Below are positions 63,445-64,000 of a stretch of DNA of 64,000 bases, in pieces (within the stretch, counting starts at the first letter, position 1; the number at the start of each line of letters is the position of its first letter). This DNA is from an uncultured Nitrospiraceae bacterium. GTDB taxonomy: Bacteria; Nitrospirota; Thermodesulfovibrionia; Thermodesulfovibrionales; SM23-35. Location: assembly GCA_963727775.1 (NCBI GenBank), contig CAVSHB010000003.1, positions 32,001-96,000 on the forward strand, in the 5' to 3' direction. The position numbers were made by a program, and so were the translations under genes. Under the pieces are notes generated by a model that saw only the letters and a list, made by a program, of their open reading frames with translations, was not told the origin of the DNA and did no database searches.

Positions 63445-64000
63445 TCATTGCATCTGCGTTTGCATCTTCGCAAGGAGCGCTCCTGTCATCACACGAATGT
63501 TGTAAACAATCACGTTCCAGTACACCTTGGCATCAAATCGCGCCCTTGTCTTCCATTCGCACCGGTACAATTCAAAACCCCTTTTCAGATTCGAGATAAC
63601 TGCTTCAATGCCGCTGCGCCATTTCTTCAGCCGCGTTTCCATGTTCGCGCTTCTGACGATGTTCTTAAGCGACCCTTTTATCTTATTGAAGACGATGTTG
63701 ACGATCCCTTTCCCATGCGCTATCCTCGCATTGTCCTTTGAGGCATAGCCGCCGTCAGTCACCATATCACGGGGGATTATCTTATAGTTATCCTTGAGAC
63801 GATCTATCACTGCCCCATAAAGTGTTGTGTCGGCAGGGTTGCCCTCCAGCACCTTGCAATCAAGTATCAGATTGCTACGGCCTGTCGCAAGGTTTATCTT
63901 ATGTCCAAATTCTACTTCTCTCCTCCCCTTCACTATGATGTCCGTATGGTCTTCATAGATCGAAAATATCTTCTCTTCGTTCGGCACAGCCTCCCCAAGG
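63445..64000 (-). CDS. ISNCY/IS5-like transposase, C-terminal part (5' end off window)
   Basis: EKIFSIYE.HT.II.KG..EFGHK, DGGY, WRSGIEAVISNLKR; probable IS end near 63266-63283. Confidence 0.85.
   Translation of the reverse strand, partial: LGEAVPNEEKIFSIYEDHTDIIVKGRREVEFGHKINLATGRSNLILDCKVLEGNPADTTLYGAVIDRLKDNYKIIPRDMVTDGGYASKDNARIAHGKGIVNIVFNKIKGSLKNIVRSANMETRLKKWRSGIEAVISNLKRGFELYRCEWKTRARFDAKVYWNVIVYNIRVMTGALLAKMQTQMQ

Overview
Bacterial chromosomal window; 16S signatures and gene content are compatible with an anaerobic Nitrospirota (Thermodesulfovibrionia-like) organism, though this is tentative. It opens with a minus-strand rRNA operon (complete 16S, partial 23S with a ~120-nt hairpin insertion, no spacer tRNAs). 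Housekeeping genes follow (murJ, trpC/F, queF, rpmH-rnpA-yidD-yidC-mnmE, rel, trxB, parAB, birA-coaX-galT, ogt-cutA-nfi), interspersed with mobile DNA: an IS1634 with IRs and target duplication, a decayed integrase-core IS, a 4.9-kb tRNA-Leu island (integrase, excisionase, HUH rolling-circle Rep, BglII-like nuclease, MT-A70 methylase, DUF6173-like gene), a graveyard of restriction-modification gene stubs with toxin-antitoxin cargo, a TA cassette inside an 84-bp duplication, a two-tyrosine-recombinase element with 16-bp terminal IRs and a partial ISNCY. There are two c-di-GMP signalling clusters. The best novelty candidates are a tusA-dsrE2-iscS-like-iscU operon whose desulfurase has lost the PLP lysine and other PLP contacts but kept the persulfide cysteine, the tRNA-Leu rolling-circle mini-element, and a candidate sigma54-driven ~85-nt small RNA at 62.7 kb.
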